Of a stretch of 64,000 nucleotides of DNA, positions 37,050 through 46,313 are shown in pieces; the stretch's first letter is position 1; each line of letters begins with the position of its first letter. Source of the DNA: an uncultured Candidatus Saccharibacteria bacterium (GTDB taxonomy: Bacteria; Patescibacteriota; Doudnabacteria; UBA920); NCBI GenBank assembly GCA_964348935.1, contig CAYGEJ010000005.1, positions 2,845-66,844 on the forward strand, written 5' to 3'. The notes under the pieces are model-generated. The model saw only the letters and a list, made by a program, of their open reading frames with translations. It made no database searches and was not told the DNA's origin. The translations under genes and the position numbers were made by a program.

Positions 37050-37107
37050 TTTCAAAGAAAAGATCTTAATCATAAAACATAAAACATAAATCATTAATCT
37101 AACTATT

Positions 37108-37728
37108 ATGGAAGAAAATAATTTATCTGAGCGAAAAAAAGATTTATTAAGTTTTATTATCCAGCAAATTCGCGAGCATGCGCTCCCACCAAGTATTTCT
37201 GAAATGGCAACTTTTATGAACGTTAAGTCTAAAAACGCCATTGCTAAAATGTTAGATACTTTAGAAGAAGAAGGTTATATAAAAACAAACGGTAAGGCCA
37301 GGGGAGTTGAAGTTTTAAACACTATGGGTCAAAGTTTAATTAAGGGTTTAATTTCTGTTCCTTTATTGGGTCACGTGCAAGCCGGAAGTCCACACTTAGC
37401 TGAAGAGCATATTGAGGAGTGGATTAACCTTCCACAAACCTTAGTTAAGAATCGGCGAGATGTATTCTTGCTTAGAGTCAGGGGAGATAGTATGATTAAT
37501 GCCGGAATTTATGAAGGAGATTTAGTAATAGTAAGGCCAACCAGAGAAGCAAAAAACAATGAAATAGTTGTCGCTTTACTGAACGACGAAGCTACAGTCA
37601 AACGTTTTATACAAATTAAAAATAGATCGTACTTAAAGGCCGAAAACCCTGATTATAAAAATATTTATCCAAAAGAAGAGTGGATGATACAAGGTAAAGT
37701 TGTTGGAGTAATTCGTAGTTTAGAATAG
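37108..37728 (+). CDS. lexA: LexA repressor
   Basis: N-terminal wHTH and C-terminal S24 peptidase with cleavage-site region, catalytic Ser in GDSMINAGI and catalytic Lys in the VVGVIR region. Confidence 0.85.
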   Translation: MEENNLSERKKDLLSFIIQQIREHALPPSISEMATFMNVKSKNAIAKMLDTLEEEGYIKTNGKARGVEVLNTMGQSLIKGLISVPLLGHVQAGSPHLAEEHIEEWINLPQTLVKNRRDVFLLRVRGDSMINAGIYEGDLVIVRPTREAKNNEIVVALLNDEATVKRFIQIKNRSYLKAENPDYKNIYPKEEWMIQGKVVGVIRSLE

Positions 37729-37787
37729 TCTGGGGAGTACCCCGGACTTAAGATCCGGTAACCAGATTACAAACTAAAACTAAATAT

Positions 37788-37979
37788 ATGAGCGAAATTC
37801 AAAAAATAAAATTTAATATAGTAAACCAGCTCCACAGCCTTTGTGCTCATTGTTCAACCGGGCGAACCGTTCCTCATCGCTGTCCTGTTCGGGAAATTTC
37901 CGCCCGTGTGCAAGCAATTAATGGTGTCCCATTAATTGTAAATAGTGAATTTAAAGGCGTTCTTTGGTCTAGGGCTTAG
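37788..37979 (+). CDS. Small zinc-finger-like protein (63 aa)
   Basis: CAHC...HRCP Cys/His cluster. Confidence 0.35.
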   Translation: MSEIQKIKFNIVNQLHSLCAHCSTGRTVPHRCPVREISARVQAINGVPLIVNSEFKGVLWSRA

Positions 37980-38035
37980 CTCACAAAAAAACCGCCAATT
38001 GCCCTCGCTAAGAGCGGGGATGACGGTCTAAGGCC

Positions 38036-38470
38036 TTATATTAATTTCGGTCTCCTTGGCGCTGGCAGGGGAAGGAGGGTCACCCCCAGCGCTCTGTTTA
38101 TAGCGTGAGCGATATACAACACCGCACTTTGCGCGCCGTTTTCCTTCCACAGCGCAATGGACTTTTGGCCAATTACGAAGCCGTTAGTGGCTTCTTGAAT
38201 TGCTATAACATCAACTATTAAGTTGCCCTGTGAGCTTTCGTTTTTAGCGGGTGTGCGAAAGTGTACCTCCACTTTACCACTCCAACGTTTGGTTTGTGAA
38301 CTTTGCCAGCTACGTAGCAACTTCACTACCTCAGTCGCGAATTGCTTGTCTTGCGAGGTTACTAATTCGCGGTGAGTGTCCATTTTTTGCGGTGCAGTTA
38401 ACATTGCTGGCTGTGCGCCTGCAAAGTTAGCCAGGAAAATTGAGAAGAATACTGCCATGAGCATATTCAT
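38036..38470 (-). CDS. Secreted hypothetical protein, GC-rich with AGGAGG RBS
   Basis: Signal peptide MNMLMAVFFSIFLANFAGAQP. GC is above background, and a perfect SD lies 11 nt upstream. Confidence 0.5.
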   Translation of the reverse strand: MNMLMAVFFSIFLANFAGAQPAMLTAPQKMDTHRELVTSQDKQFATEVVKLLRSWQSSQTKRWSGKVEVHFRTPAKNESSQGNLIVDVIAIQEATNGFVIGQKSIALWKENGAQSAVLYIAHAINRALGVTLLPLPAPRRPKLI

Positions 38471-38582
38471 GGTAAGCCAGTCCTCCTATGTGTTGCTTAG
38501 CCGAGTTCGGGGGAACTAGGCAAAGTTTATCAAACTGTACTCCTTTTGATCGTTTATGTCAATTGTATATATAGGTGGAATA

Positions 38583-38610
38583 TAAAATACCCAACTTAGG
38601 TTGGGTATTT
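38583..38610. terminator. Palindromic terminator (aaaatacccaac ttag gttgggtatttt)
   Basis: Perfect 12-bp stem including A/T flanks. Confidence 0.6.
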
Positions 38611-38611
38611 T

Positions 38612-38636
38612 ATTGGTAGCCCAGGTCGAGACAGGT
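38612..38636. repeat. 25-bp direct repeat, copy A (TTGGTAGCCCAGGTCGAGACAGGTG)
   Basis: 23/25 identical to 39842..39866 in the same orientation. Confidence 0.7.
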
Positions 38637-38722
38637 GCCTGCTGCCGGTAGGCAGGGAACACTTTTCTCTACTTGGTAAGAGGTGTTAATTTTGTTTTAC
38701 CTGCCGCTCCAGCTTTTAAAAC

Positions 38723-39712
38723 TTATATTGCTCTTAACATTTGTTCGGGTGTTAATCTTCCTGCCTGTTCCGATCTTTCGATAATACTTTCGGCTAGTTT
38801 TTTGCTATCATAATTTGCCAACTTTCGACCGCCTGAATAATCTTCTGTCATAACTTTCGATATGGCTTTGCCAGTCAACTGTCTGTGAGAAATTTCTTTA
38901 CCGTCAATAATCATATCAAAACCGCTCGCAGATCTGCCTTTTCTCGACCCTAATTTTACACCTTGCTTTTCCATTTCTGCTTTGATAATTGCCTGAACTT
39001 GTTTTCCAACTTCAGAGCTGGGAACATATAAAACCACACTATCTGTGTTTCCAAGCAGAACACTTAAATCATCAGCAAACTTCATTTTTATATCAACATT
39101 TAGAGACTTAGCCAATTCTTGTACTTTAGTGTGAGCTCGCAGTAAAGCGTCATAAAATTGAATCGCTTCTGATAATAGTTCGTTTGGCTCATCATTAGCA
39201 GGAACGAAAGTAATATACTCTTTAAATTGAACTCTTACTTGTTCATTATTTGGTCCGATTAAAGATGTTGGATAATTAGCACTCGGAAGATTTTTATTAT
39301 TTACTTGCCAAAAACTTTCGCCATTACCTTTTTCTCCATTAAGACCAAGCATTTCTCGGTACATTTGTCTGCTTACGCCTATAGTTTTTTCAAATAATTT
39401 TAACTGAGCTGCTGTGAATTTAGAGGTGATTTCAGCTACTTGTTCTTGGGACATTCGAGATTCTAAAGCGCCGGCAACATCTCCCGCCATAATTGTATTA
39501 AATTGTTTTGAATCAGTGTTGCCAGTCCGTCCATAGAAATGTTTTATATGTTGCAAGGTCATATCAGCCACTGACTTTATTGATTCAGGCGTTAGCCCAC
39601 CTCTCGCTTCAATGCGATGCTGTCTTTCCATTTCTTTTTGTAATTCTGGTGGCATACTCATATAAAAGATAGTTAATTCTTTTATGGTCACCCAATTGGA
39701 TTGGAAAACCAT
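38723..39712 (-). CDS. Hypothetical 329-aa protein, the only gene between the 25-bp direct repeats
   Basis: No family motif recognised. GAATTATAAT abuts the start codon, so the gene is leaderless if the ATG at 39712 is used. Confidence 0.55.
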   Translation of the reverse strand: MVFQSNWVTIKELTIFYMSMPPELQKEMERQHRIEARGGLTPESIKSVADMTLQHIKHFYGRTGNTDSKQFNTIMAGDVAGALESRMSQEQVAEITSKFTAAQLKLFEKTIGVSRQMYREMLGLNGEKGNGESFWQVNNKNLPSANYPTSLIGPNNEQVRVQFKEYITFVPANDEPNELLSEAIQFYDALLRAHTKVQELAKSLNVDIKMKFADDLSVLLGNTDSVVLYVPSSEVGKQVQAIIKAEMEKQGVKLGSRKGRSASGFDMIIDGKEISHRQLTGKAISKVMTEDYSGGRKLANYDSKKLAESIIERSEQAGRLTPEQMLRAI

Positions 39713-39841
39713 ATTATAATTCTAGTCTATGCGGAATAATTTTAAAAGGCTTCCCAAAAGTAGCAAAATTGCTAAATACGGAAAACCTTTTAAAAACAAT
39801 GTTTATAGATATGAGGTTCGTGTTTGAAAAACTATTTCAAT

Positions 39842-39866
39842 TTGGTAGACCAAGTCGAGACAGGTG
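39842..39866. repeat. 25-bp direct repeat, copy B (TTGGTAGACCAAGTCGAGACAGGTG)
   Basis: Matches 38612..38636. It is followed by TGGCTATAAT, an extended -10-like sequence on the plus strand. Confidence 0.7.
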
Positions 39867-39912
39867 GAAAACTTTTTTGGCTATAATAAGAGAAATTTAC
39901 AAGGCAATAACT

Positions 39913-40194
39913 TTAAACAATATCGCTTTGCAAAATTCTTAGCAAGACATACAAACAAATTAGCCCTATACAAATCAGAATAATTCCTAATGTGTTTTTT
40001 TGCCAACCCAGCCATTTATTTTCTCTGGGTTTAAAAAATATTCTTAGAATAGCGGCACCAAAAAAACCAAATGCAAAAACTCTACTAAGATTTGAAGTGG
40101 TCGTAAATTCCTTGGAAAAAAATATCATCCAAATCCCTGTGCCTACACACAGTACGCCTACTAAACCAATAAAAATTATAGGGAATAATAACAT
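39913..40194 (-). CDS. Small 3-TM membrane protein
   Basis: 93 aa hydrophobic. Confidence 0.4.
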   Translation of the reverse strand: MLLFPIIFIGLVGVLCVGTGIWMIFFSKEFTTTSNLSRVFAFGFFGAAILRIFFKPRENKWLGWQKNTLGIILICIGLICLYVLLRILQSDIV

Positions 40195-40206
40195 AATATA
40201 AAAAAA

Positions 40207-40935
40207 TTAAGGAATAGCTGACCAACTATTTGTGTAAATTATTTTGCCAGAATTTGCGTCTATCCCCATCACTTCGCCTCCTTCTGTTCCTTGTGACCGA
40301 TCATTGTATAAAGTATTTTGAATACCCCACAAGTAAGTTTTTTCTTTTGAACCCCAAGTGAAATCTATTTTCCATTGCTCAATACCCTTTTTAAAATTCG
40401 CGTTTTCTGCTATTTTAATTGCCTCATCCTTACTAATAAAAATACATTTAGCAGGCTCTTGAATACAGCTAGGAATTCCAAATGACTCCCTTTCCTTTAT
40501 GATATTACCATCGGTATCAACTGCAAATTCTATTAACCCTTGCGTTTTTGAATCATTAGATAGTTTTAATGAGTAAATCATTAAATAGTGGGGCTCATGA
40601 AGATAATTACTGCAATTGATACAATCAATTCCTTTATAGTATTTGCCAGATTTTCTGCTTATATATTTATTAAAGAAATTTTGACCAACATTGGAAATTA
40701 TATATATATCAGCATTTTTACTCACAGTTTCTGGTATGTAGCTTTTGGTGTAATCTTCAAATTGAGTTTGGCCAGTTGCGTTATATAGATCTAAATTCTT
40801 TTTTACTAAATAGGCATAAACAACGATTGCGGTTACAACGACCAGAATAATAACAGCAAGCAAGCCCTTATGTTGGTACCATTTTTTTGGTTGCTGTAGG
40901 ATTGGGTTTGGTAAATTTTGGTTATCTGTTCCCAT
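40207..40935 (-). CDS. N-terminally anchored extracytoplasmic hypothetical protein
   Basis: One TM helix after a polar N-terminus, then a 200-aa Cys-containing domain. Confidence 0.45.
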   Translation of the reverse strand: MGTDNQNLPNPILQQPKKWYQHKGLLAVIILVVVTAIVVYAYLVKKNLDLYNATGQTQFEDYTKSYIPETVSKNADIYIISNVGQNFFNKYISRKSGKYYKGIDCINCSNYLHEPHYLMIYSLKLSNDSKTQGLIEFAVDTDGNIIKERESFGIPSCIQEPAKCIFISKDEAIKIAENANFKKGIEQWKIDFTWGSKEKTYLWGIQNTLYNDRSQGTEGGEVMGIDANSGKIIYTNSWSAIP

Positions 40936-41083
40936 ATTTTTGTTTCAAAAGACACTTAATTGTTTATATTATAACACCTTTTGCTTATAACTAAAACAAA
41001 AATGTTCTCCGCTTGTCCGTTGGAAAACTCTTTTGAATCAGTATTGAAAGTCTAAATTGTAACTTTTTAAACGAAAATTCATT

Positions 41084-41158
41084 TGGTAGCGCTACCGGGA
41101 ATCGAACCCGGATTTAGTGGATGAGAACCACTTGTCCTAACCATTAGACGATAGCGCC
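41084..41158 (-). tRNA. tRNA-Glu (anticodon CUC)
   Basis: Minus strand GGCGCTATCGTCTAATGGTTAGGACAAGTGGTTCTCATCCACTAAATCCGGGTTCGATTCCCGGTAGCGCTACCA. D-stem GTCT/GGAC, anticodon stem AGTGG/CCACT with loop TTCTCAT (U33, A37), T-loop TTCGATT. Confidence 0.8.
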
Positions 41159-41291
41159 GAATATAGTTAAAAGTAACAAGTTGAAAGTTAAAAGTCTTAC
41201 AAGTTACAGTTTACTTTAGCATATCTCTTTGTATTTTTCAATAGTTTATGTCATAATATACATGAAATAGTTTATCAAATTCGAAACAAAA

Positions 41292-42515
41292 ATGGCTAAA
41301 ATAAAAATTAAATTCCCAAAAGATTTTTTGTGGGGAGCGGCGAGTAGTGCGTATCAAACAGAGGGTGGAAATATAAATTCTGATTGGTGGGTATGGGAAA
41401 AAAATACTCAAAGAGTAGAATTACTGCAAAAACTGGATAAGAATCCAAAAGACTATTTGAGTGGAATGGCATGTGACTTTTATAATCGTTTTAACGAGGA
41501 TTTTAGCTTGGCTCAGCATTTAAATCATAATGCTACCCGCTTTGGTATTGAATGGTCCAGAGTGGAGCCAAGAGAAGGGGAAATACAAGAAGAAGTCCTC
41601 GACCATTACGAAAAAATTCTGCAATCCGCAAAAGCCAATGGTCTTAAAATTTTCTTAACTTTACACCATTTTACTGTTCCAGTATGGTTTCTTAAAAAAG
41701 GCGGGTTTGCAAATAAGAATAATATTCCAGCTTTTCTTAAATACGTAAAAATTATTGCTCATAGACTAGGTGAATATGTGGATTTTTGGATCACTATAAA
41801 CGAGCCGGAAGTCTATGCATCCCACGCATATTACTTTGGCATATTTCCTCCGCAGGAAAAAAGTTTATTTAGAAGTATTGCCGTAGTAAATAATTTAATC
41901 TCGGCGCATAATCAGGCAAGTAGACATTTAAAATTACACACTGGAAAACCAGTAAGTTTGGCATATCATTTAAATGATTTTCAACCGGTTGGCTGGCTAA
42001 GCGAACTTACCACGGCACTAGCGCATTATTTGAGTAATGAGTACATACTACGAAGGACTATAAATTATTGTGATTTTATAGGAGTAAATTATTACAATCA
42101 CCATCACGTTGGCCTTTTGGGATTTAGAAAACATAGCCACAGTAAACACGAAGTAACTGACTTGGGTTGGAGTATACATCCAGACGGTCTGGAAAGAATT
42201 TTACTTGGACTAAAAAAATTTAAAAAACCAATATATATAACTGAAAATGGATTAGCAGACGCTAAAGACATCAAGCGTGAAAAATACATTAAAGACCATT
42301 TATATTATACTCACAAAGCAATAGAAAAAGGAGTTGATGTTAAGGGCTATTTGCATTGGTCACTTACAGATAACTTTGAATGGCATGAAGGATATGAGCC
42401 ACGGTTTGGTTTAATTGAAATAGATAGAGAACATATGCTAAGACGCAAGGTTAGATATAGCGCTTTAAAGTATGCGGAAATATGTAGAAATAATTATATG
42501 GAGTACGACGTATGA
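41292..42515 (+). CDS. Glycoside hydrolase family 1 (beta-glucosidase/6-phospho-beta-glucosidase-like)
   Basis: Acid/base ITINEPEV and nucleophile IYITENG motifs of GH1, with the N-terminal [15 protein letters not shown] signature. Confidence 0.85.
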   Translation: MAKIKIKFPKDFLWGAASSAYQTEGGNINSDWWVWEKNTQRVELLQKLDKNPKDYLSGMACDFYNRFNEDFSLAQHLNHNATRFGIEWSRVEPREGEIQEEVLDHYEKILQSAKANGLKIFLTLHHFTVPVWFLKKGGFANKNNIPAFLKYVKIIAHRLGEYVDFWITINEPEVYASHAYYFGIFPPQEKSLFRSIAVVNNLISAHNQASRHLKLHTGKPVSLAYHLNDFQPVGWLSELTTALAHYLSNEYILRRTINYCDFIGVNYYNHHHVGLLGFRKHSHSKHEVTDLGWSIHPDGLERILLGLKKFKKPIYITENGLADAKDIKREKYIKDHLYYTHKAIEKGVDVKGYLHWSLTDNFEWHEGYEPRFGLIEIDREHMLRRKVRYSALKYAEICRNNYMEYDV

Positions 42516-43396
42516 TAATTCTACTTACAATTTTTCAGTATCTTATTCAGGCGGTTGTTGACCTAATGGATAAGTTTTTGCTTACGTCCAGGAAAATTGA
42601 ACCTGTAAATTATACTTTTTATACAGTTGTTACCGGGTTGGTCTTACTGGTTATTTGGCCATTTAATTATTTCCGTATTGCCAACGAGTATATTTGGCTG
42701 AATTTATTATCTGGCGGAGTATTTTCGCTAGCGATGTATGTTTTTTTTCGTGCCCTTGCACAAGGAGATGCTTCAAGAGTTATTCCTTATATTTTTGGTG
42801 TAGTGCCAGTGTTTGATATATTAATCAGTGTCATTACCGGACGAAATCCGTTAATGATTAATGAGGTTTCCGCAATATGTCTTTTAATTCCTGGGGCAAT
42901 GCTTGTCTCTTACGAAAAAGGGAGCCTTTGGGGAAAGCATGTGGCTTTAAAAACCATAAGCGCGTTATTGTTTAGCTGTTACTACGCGTTGTGGCAATTT
43001 AGTTCGCAACAGGGGCCGGTATTAAATAATTTAATGTGGAACAGAATTGGTGCCGCCGCCATACTTATTGCCTTATTGGTTATTCCTGCTTTTAGAAAAA
43101 AAGTTTTAACATTTAAAAATGTAAAACACAAAAAAAGTTCTTCTGTTTTATTTCTCACTAAACAAGTCCTTGGCGGTTTAAATTTTGTCTTTCTGAGTTT
43201 TTTATTTGTGCTGGGAAAAATTTCCGTAATTAATTCACTTCAGGGATTTAGATATATTTTTGTGTTAATATTGGGATTGATTTTGAGTAAAACACGAAAA
43301 CATTTATTGGAGGAGAAGTCCAATCGAGTTGTTATAATGCAAAAGAGTTTTGGGGTGATTTTAATATTTATTGGCGCTTCACTGTTATTTATTTAG
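42512..43396 (+). CDS. Multi-pass membrane protein (9-10 TM), possible transporter
   Basis: Hydrophobicity pattern only; overlaps the GH1 stop by 4 nt, suggesting translational coupling. Confidence 0.4.
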   Translation: MIILLTIFQYLIQAVVDLMDKFLLTSRKIEPVNYTFYTVVTGLVLLVIWPFNYFRIANEYIWLNLLSGGVFSLAMYVFFRALAQGDASRVIPYIFGVVPVFDILISVITGRNPLMINEVSAICLLIPGAMLVSYEKGSLWGKHVALKTISALLFSCYYALWQFSSQQGPVLNNLMWNRIGAAAILIALLVIPAFRKKVLTFKNVKHKKSSSVLFLTKQVLGGLNFVFLSFLFVLGKISVINSLQGFRYIFVLILGLILSKTRKHLLEEKSNRVVIMQKSFGVILIFIGASLLFI

Positions 43397-43402
43397 TATA
43401 AT

Positions 43403-44398
43403 ATGAAAAAGTTTTTATTAAATTTTTTAATTTTTACAGGAGTAGTTTTGTTAGTAATTTGGTTGGTGAGTTTGAACGCCGGTCCAAAAGCGGATAAGAT
43501 TGAATATGGAGTAACATTTAGTAAACCATACGCACAAAGTTTAGGTTTAAACTGGAAAGAGGTTTATGTTGCAATTCTGGATGATTTAAATGTCAGAAAA
43601 ATTAGACTTTCGGCTTATTGGAACGAGGTACAGGGTGATGCTGATAAATATAATTTTGAGGATTTGGATTTTCAAGTCAACGAAGCATCTCAGAGGGGTG
43701 CTAAAATTATTTTAGGTGTTGGAAGAAGGTTGCCAAGATGGCCGGAATGTCATGACCCAAGCTGGCTTGGAGGGTTATCAGTTCCAGCTCAGCAGAATGC
43801 CCAGTTAAGCTATATTGAAGAAGTTGTAAGGCGATATGAGGCTAACAAGAATATAGTAATGTGGCAGGTTGAAAATGAACCATTTTTGGGAACTTTTGGA
43901 ATTTGTCCTCCGCTTGATGAGAATTTTTTAGACAAAGAAATTGCCTTGGCTAAGAAGCTAGATCCAGTAAGGCCGATATTAATTTCTGATAGTGGGGAGT
44001 TAAATTTTTGGTTTAAGGCTGGTAGTAAAGGTGAAGTTTTTGGCACAACTCTCTATAGGTATGTTTTTTCAGATGTCTTAAAAAGATATTGGACTAACCC
44101 TATCCCGGCAATATTTTATAGGTTTAAAGCGGGTATGCTGAGATTTGTGCAAAGTAATAAGCAAGTTGTTATAATTGAGCTAGAAGCCGAGCCTTGGACT
44201 ACAAAAGGAATTTTAAGCACTCCTATTGAAGAGCAATTTAAAACTATGAGTTTAAGTAATTTTAACAAAATTACTTCTGTGGCTAAGGCAACAGGTTTTA
44301 GTCCTCAGTATTATTGGGGTGTAGAATGGTGGTATTGGATGAAGGGGCAAGGTCATAATGAGTTTTGGAATAGAGCTAAAGAATTAATAAATAATTAA
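43403..44398 (+). CDS. Membrane-anchored TIM-barrel glycoside hydrolase (GH5-like)
   Basis: N-terminal TM, then a WQVENEP catalytic-acid block typical of clan GH-A enzymes. Confidence 0.5.
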   Translation: MKKFLLNFLIFTGVVLLVIWLVSLNAGPKADKIEYGVTFSKPYAQSLGLNWKEVYVAILDDLNVRKIRLSAYWNEVQGDADKYNFEDLDFQVNEASQRGAKIILGVGRRLPRWPECHDPSWLGGLSVPAQQNAQLSYIEEVVRRYEANKNIVMWQVENEPFLGTFGICPPLDENFLDKEIALAKKLDPVRPILISDSGELNFWFKAGSKGEVFGTTLYRYVFSDVLKRYWTNPIPAIFYRFKAGMLRFVQSNKQVVIIELEAEPWTTKGILSTPIEEQFKTMSLSNFNKITSVAKATGFSPQYYWGVEWWYWMKGQGHNEFWNRAKELINN

Positions 44399-44399
44399 T

Positions 44400-45164
44400 A
44401 TGTCCAAAGTTATAGGAATAGATATAGGCGGAACAAAAATTTATGGAATTGTTTTTAATAATGGCAAAGTAGTAAAAAGTAAATTTGTTCCAACTCCAAA
44501 CAATTTAGAAAGTTTTAAAGAACAAATTTTAGAAATTATTTTAGACCTTTCTAATGGAGATAAAATAACATCTGTCGGTATTGGTATTGCTGGGGGTGTT
44601 GACCCTGTTTCTGGGGTAATTACACGTTCTCCAAATATACCTTTTATAAATAATTTTAATACTGTAAAATTTTTAAAGTCCAGAGGTTTTAAAAAAGTTG
44701 CAGTAGATAATGATGCCAACTGTTTTACTAGAGCAGAGTTATTGGTAGGGCAAGGAAAAAAGTTAAGTAATTTTTTAGGTATAACTTTAGGGACAGGTAT
44801 TGGCGGGGGAATAGTTATTAATAAAAATATTTATCGTGGTAAGGATCATAACGGAGCAGAATTTGGACACATGTATTTAGAGCAAGATTTTTTTGAAAAG
44901 GAGTTTCAGGTTTTACGAGACAGTAAAGATTTTGTAAAAGCGGGCGAGCTTATTGGTAAAGCTTTAGCGTCATTAATAAACGTTTTTTCACCAGAGGCTA
45001 TTGTAATAGGTGGTGGTTATGGAATTAATGAAACGGCTGGTTATTTAGCAAGTGCAAAAAATGAAATAACAAAGTATATTTTTAACAAAAAAAATAAAAC
45101 CAAAATATTAATTTCAAAAATTAAAAACTCCGGTGCTATTGGCGCAGCTTTATTAGTAAAATAA
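44400..45164 (+). CDS. ROK family sugar kinase (glucokinase-like)
   Basis: N-terminal GIDIGGTKI ATP-binding block and a central ROK region (LGITLGTGIGGGIVIN). Short, about 254 aa. Confidence 0.7.
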   Translation: MSKVIGIDIGGTKIYGIVFNNGKVVKSKFVPTPNNLESFKEQILEIILDLSNGDKITSVGIGIAGGVDPVSGVITRSPNIPFINNFNTVKFLKSRGFKKVAVDNDANCFTRAELLVGQGKKLSNFLGITLGTGIGGGIVINKNIYRGKDHNGAEFGHMYLEQDFFEKEFQVLRDSKDFVKAGELIGKALASLINVFSPEAIVIGGGYGINETAGYLASAKNEITKYIFNKKNKTKILISKIKNSGAIGAALLVK

Positions 45165-45168
45165 ATTT

Positions 45169-45297
45169 ATGAAATATTTAAAATATTTATTTTTGTTTTT
45201 AATTTTTGTTTTACTTTCTGCAGGGTGTACTAAAATAACTTTAAAGCAAGAAATACCAAGTTCACCCAAAGAATCTTATGAGCAACTTCCTAGATAG
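45169..45297 (+). CDS. Putative 42-aa lipoprotein (not in ORF track)
   Basis: MKYLKYLFLFLIFVLLSAGC lipobox signal. Starts 5 nt after the ROK kinase stop and is followed by a terminator at 45329-45355. Confidence 0.35.
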   Translation: MKYLKYLFLFLIFVLLSAGCTKITLKQEIPSSPKESYEQLPR

Positions 45298-45328
45298 TTA
45301 GCGTTTATTAGTTTAAATAACGTGTATA

Positions 45329-45355
45329 AAAATACCCTGCAATTTGCAGGGTATT
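45329..45355. terminator. Bidirectional terminator (aaataccctgcaatttgcagggtattt)
   Basis: Perfect palindrome between convergent genes. Confidence 0.7.
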
Positions 45356-45369
45356 TAAGTTGTTATCTT

Positions 45370-46092
45370 TTACTCCTCTTCGTCTTCATCGTCATCCATG
45401 TCTTCAGATTCGTCATCTTGCTCGTTCTCTTCTTCAATAACAGCTTCGGGTTTGGTTGTGCTTTCTGGTATTAGTTCTTGTGTTTTAGGCTCAATTTTTG
45501 ATTCTTCTTGTATAGTAGTTGCTGGTGCTTCTTTTGTTTCAGTATTTTGAGTTAGTCCTGTGGTTTGTGGTAGCTTGATATTCTCTGTTAATTTATCAAA
45601 TTCCGGTAGGTCTTTAACTGAAGTTATGCCCATATGCATTAAGAATTCAGTAGTAGTTTGGTAATAAACGCTTCTGGCATCTCCTATGTTTGCCACTTTC
45701 TCAATTAAGCCTCGTACGAGCAGGTTTCTGACGCTGTATTGCGAGTTAACACCTCTTATAGCTTCTATCTCAGCTTTGGAAATGGGTTGGCGGTAGGCGA
45801 TAATAGCTAAAACTTCTACGGTAGCATCGGTCAGCTTTTCGCGAAGCTCTGCGTTGAGGAAGTTTTTAACATACGGAGCGAAAATGCTATTTGTGGATAA
45901 TTGATAACCTTCGCCACTTTTTAATAATACAATTCCAAGATTTCTTTTTTCTTCGACCATGGAGTCAAGTGTGTTTTGTACAATAGTTATATCTACTTCT
46001 AATATCTTTGCTAAGTCCTTAGCCTTTATTGGGCGGCCAGCTGTAAAAAGTAAACTTTCTAAGATTAAATTTAAATTGTTCATTGCTTCCAT
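45370..46092 (-). CDS. scpB: Segregation and condensation protein B
   Basis: N-terminal LESLLFTAGRPIKAKDLAKIL, tandem winged-helix architecture and an acidic C-terminal tail. Adjacent to scpA. Confidence 0.8.
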   Translation of the reverse strand: MEAMNNLNLILESLLFTAGRPIKAKDLAKILEVDITIVQNTLDSMVEEKRNLGIVLLKSGEGYQLSTNSIFAPYVKNFLNAELREKLTDATVEVLAIIAYRQPISKAEIEAIRGVNSQYSVRNLLVRGLIEKVANIGDARSVYYQTTTEFLMHMGITSVKDLPEFDKLTENIKLPQTTGLTQNTETKEAPATTIQEESKIEPKTQELIPESTTKPEAVIEEENEQDDESEDMDDDEDEEE

Positions 46093-46313
46093 AGAATAAA
46101 TATGCCTAAAATTATTAATGCAAAACTATATAATAAAATTGTCGCTTTTCTGCCAAGTGCTTCTTTTAAATCGTTTTTTTCTGGAATGGGCGGTTTAATC
46201 CATTTATTTTCCACTAACCAACCCAATGTGTGATTATAAATATCGTCTATGGCAAGACTACCGTAAATAACACCTGTTAAAATAAAAATTAATCCTATTA
46301 AAGTTTTACTCAT
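46080..46313 (-). CDS. Small 2-TM membrane protein between scpA and scpB
   Basis: 77 aa; overlaps both neighbours by a few nt (translationally coupled). Confidence 0.4.
   Translation of the reverse strand: MSKTLIGLIFILTGVIYGSLAIDDIYNHTLGWLVENKWIKPPIPEKNDLKEALGRKATILLYSFALIILGIFILWKQ

Noticed and set aside
33544-37100. Diversity-generating retroelement around the Avd-like fragment
   Set aside because: No reverse-transcriptase ORF and no near-identical template/variable repeat pair between the 677-aa protein C-terminus and the surrounding intergenic DNA.
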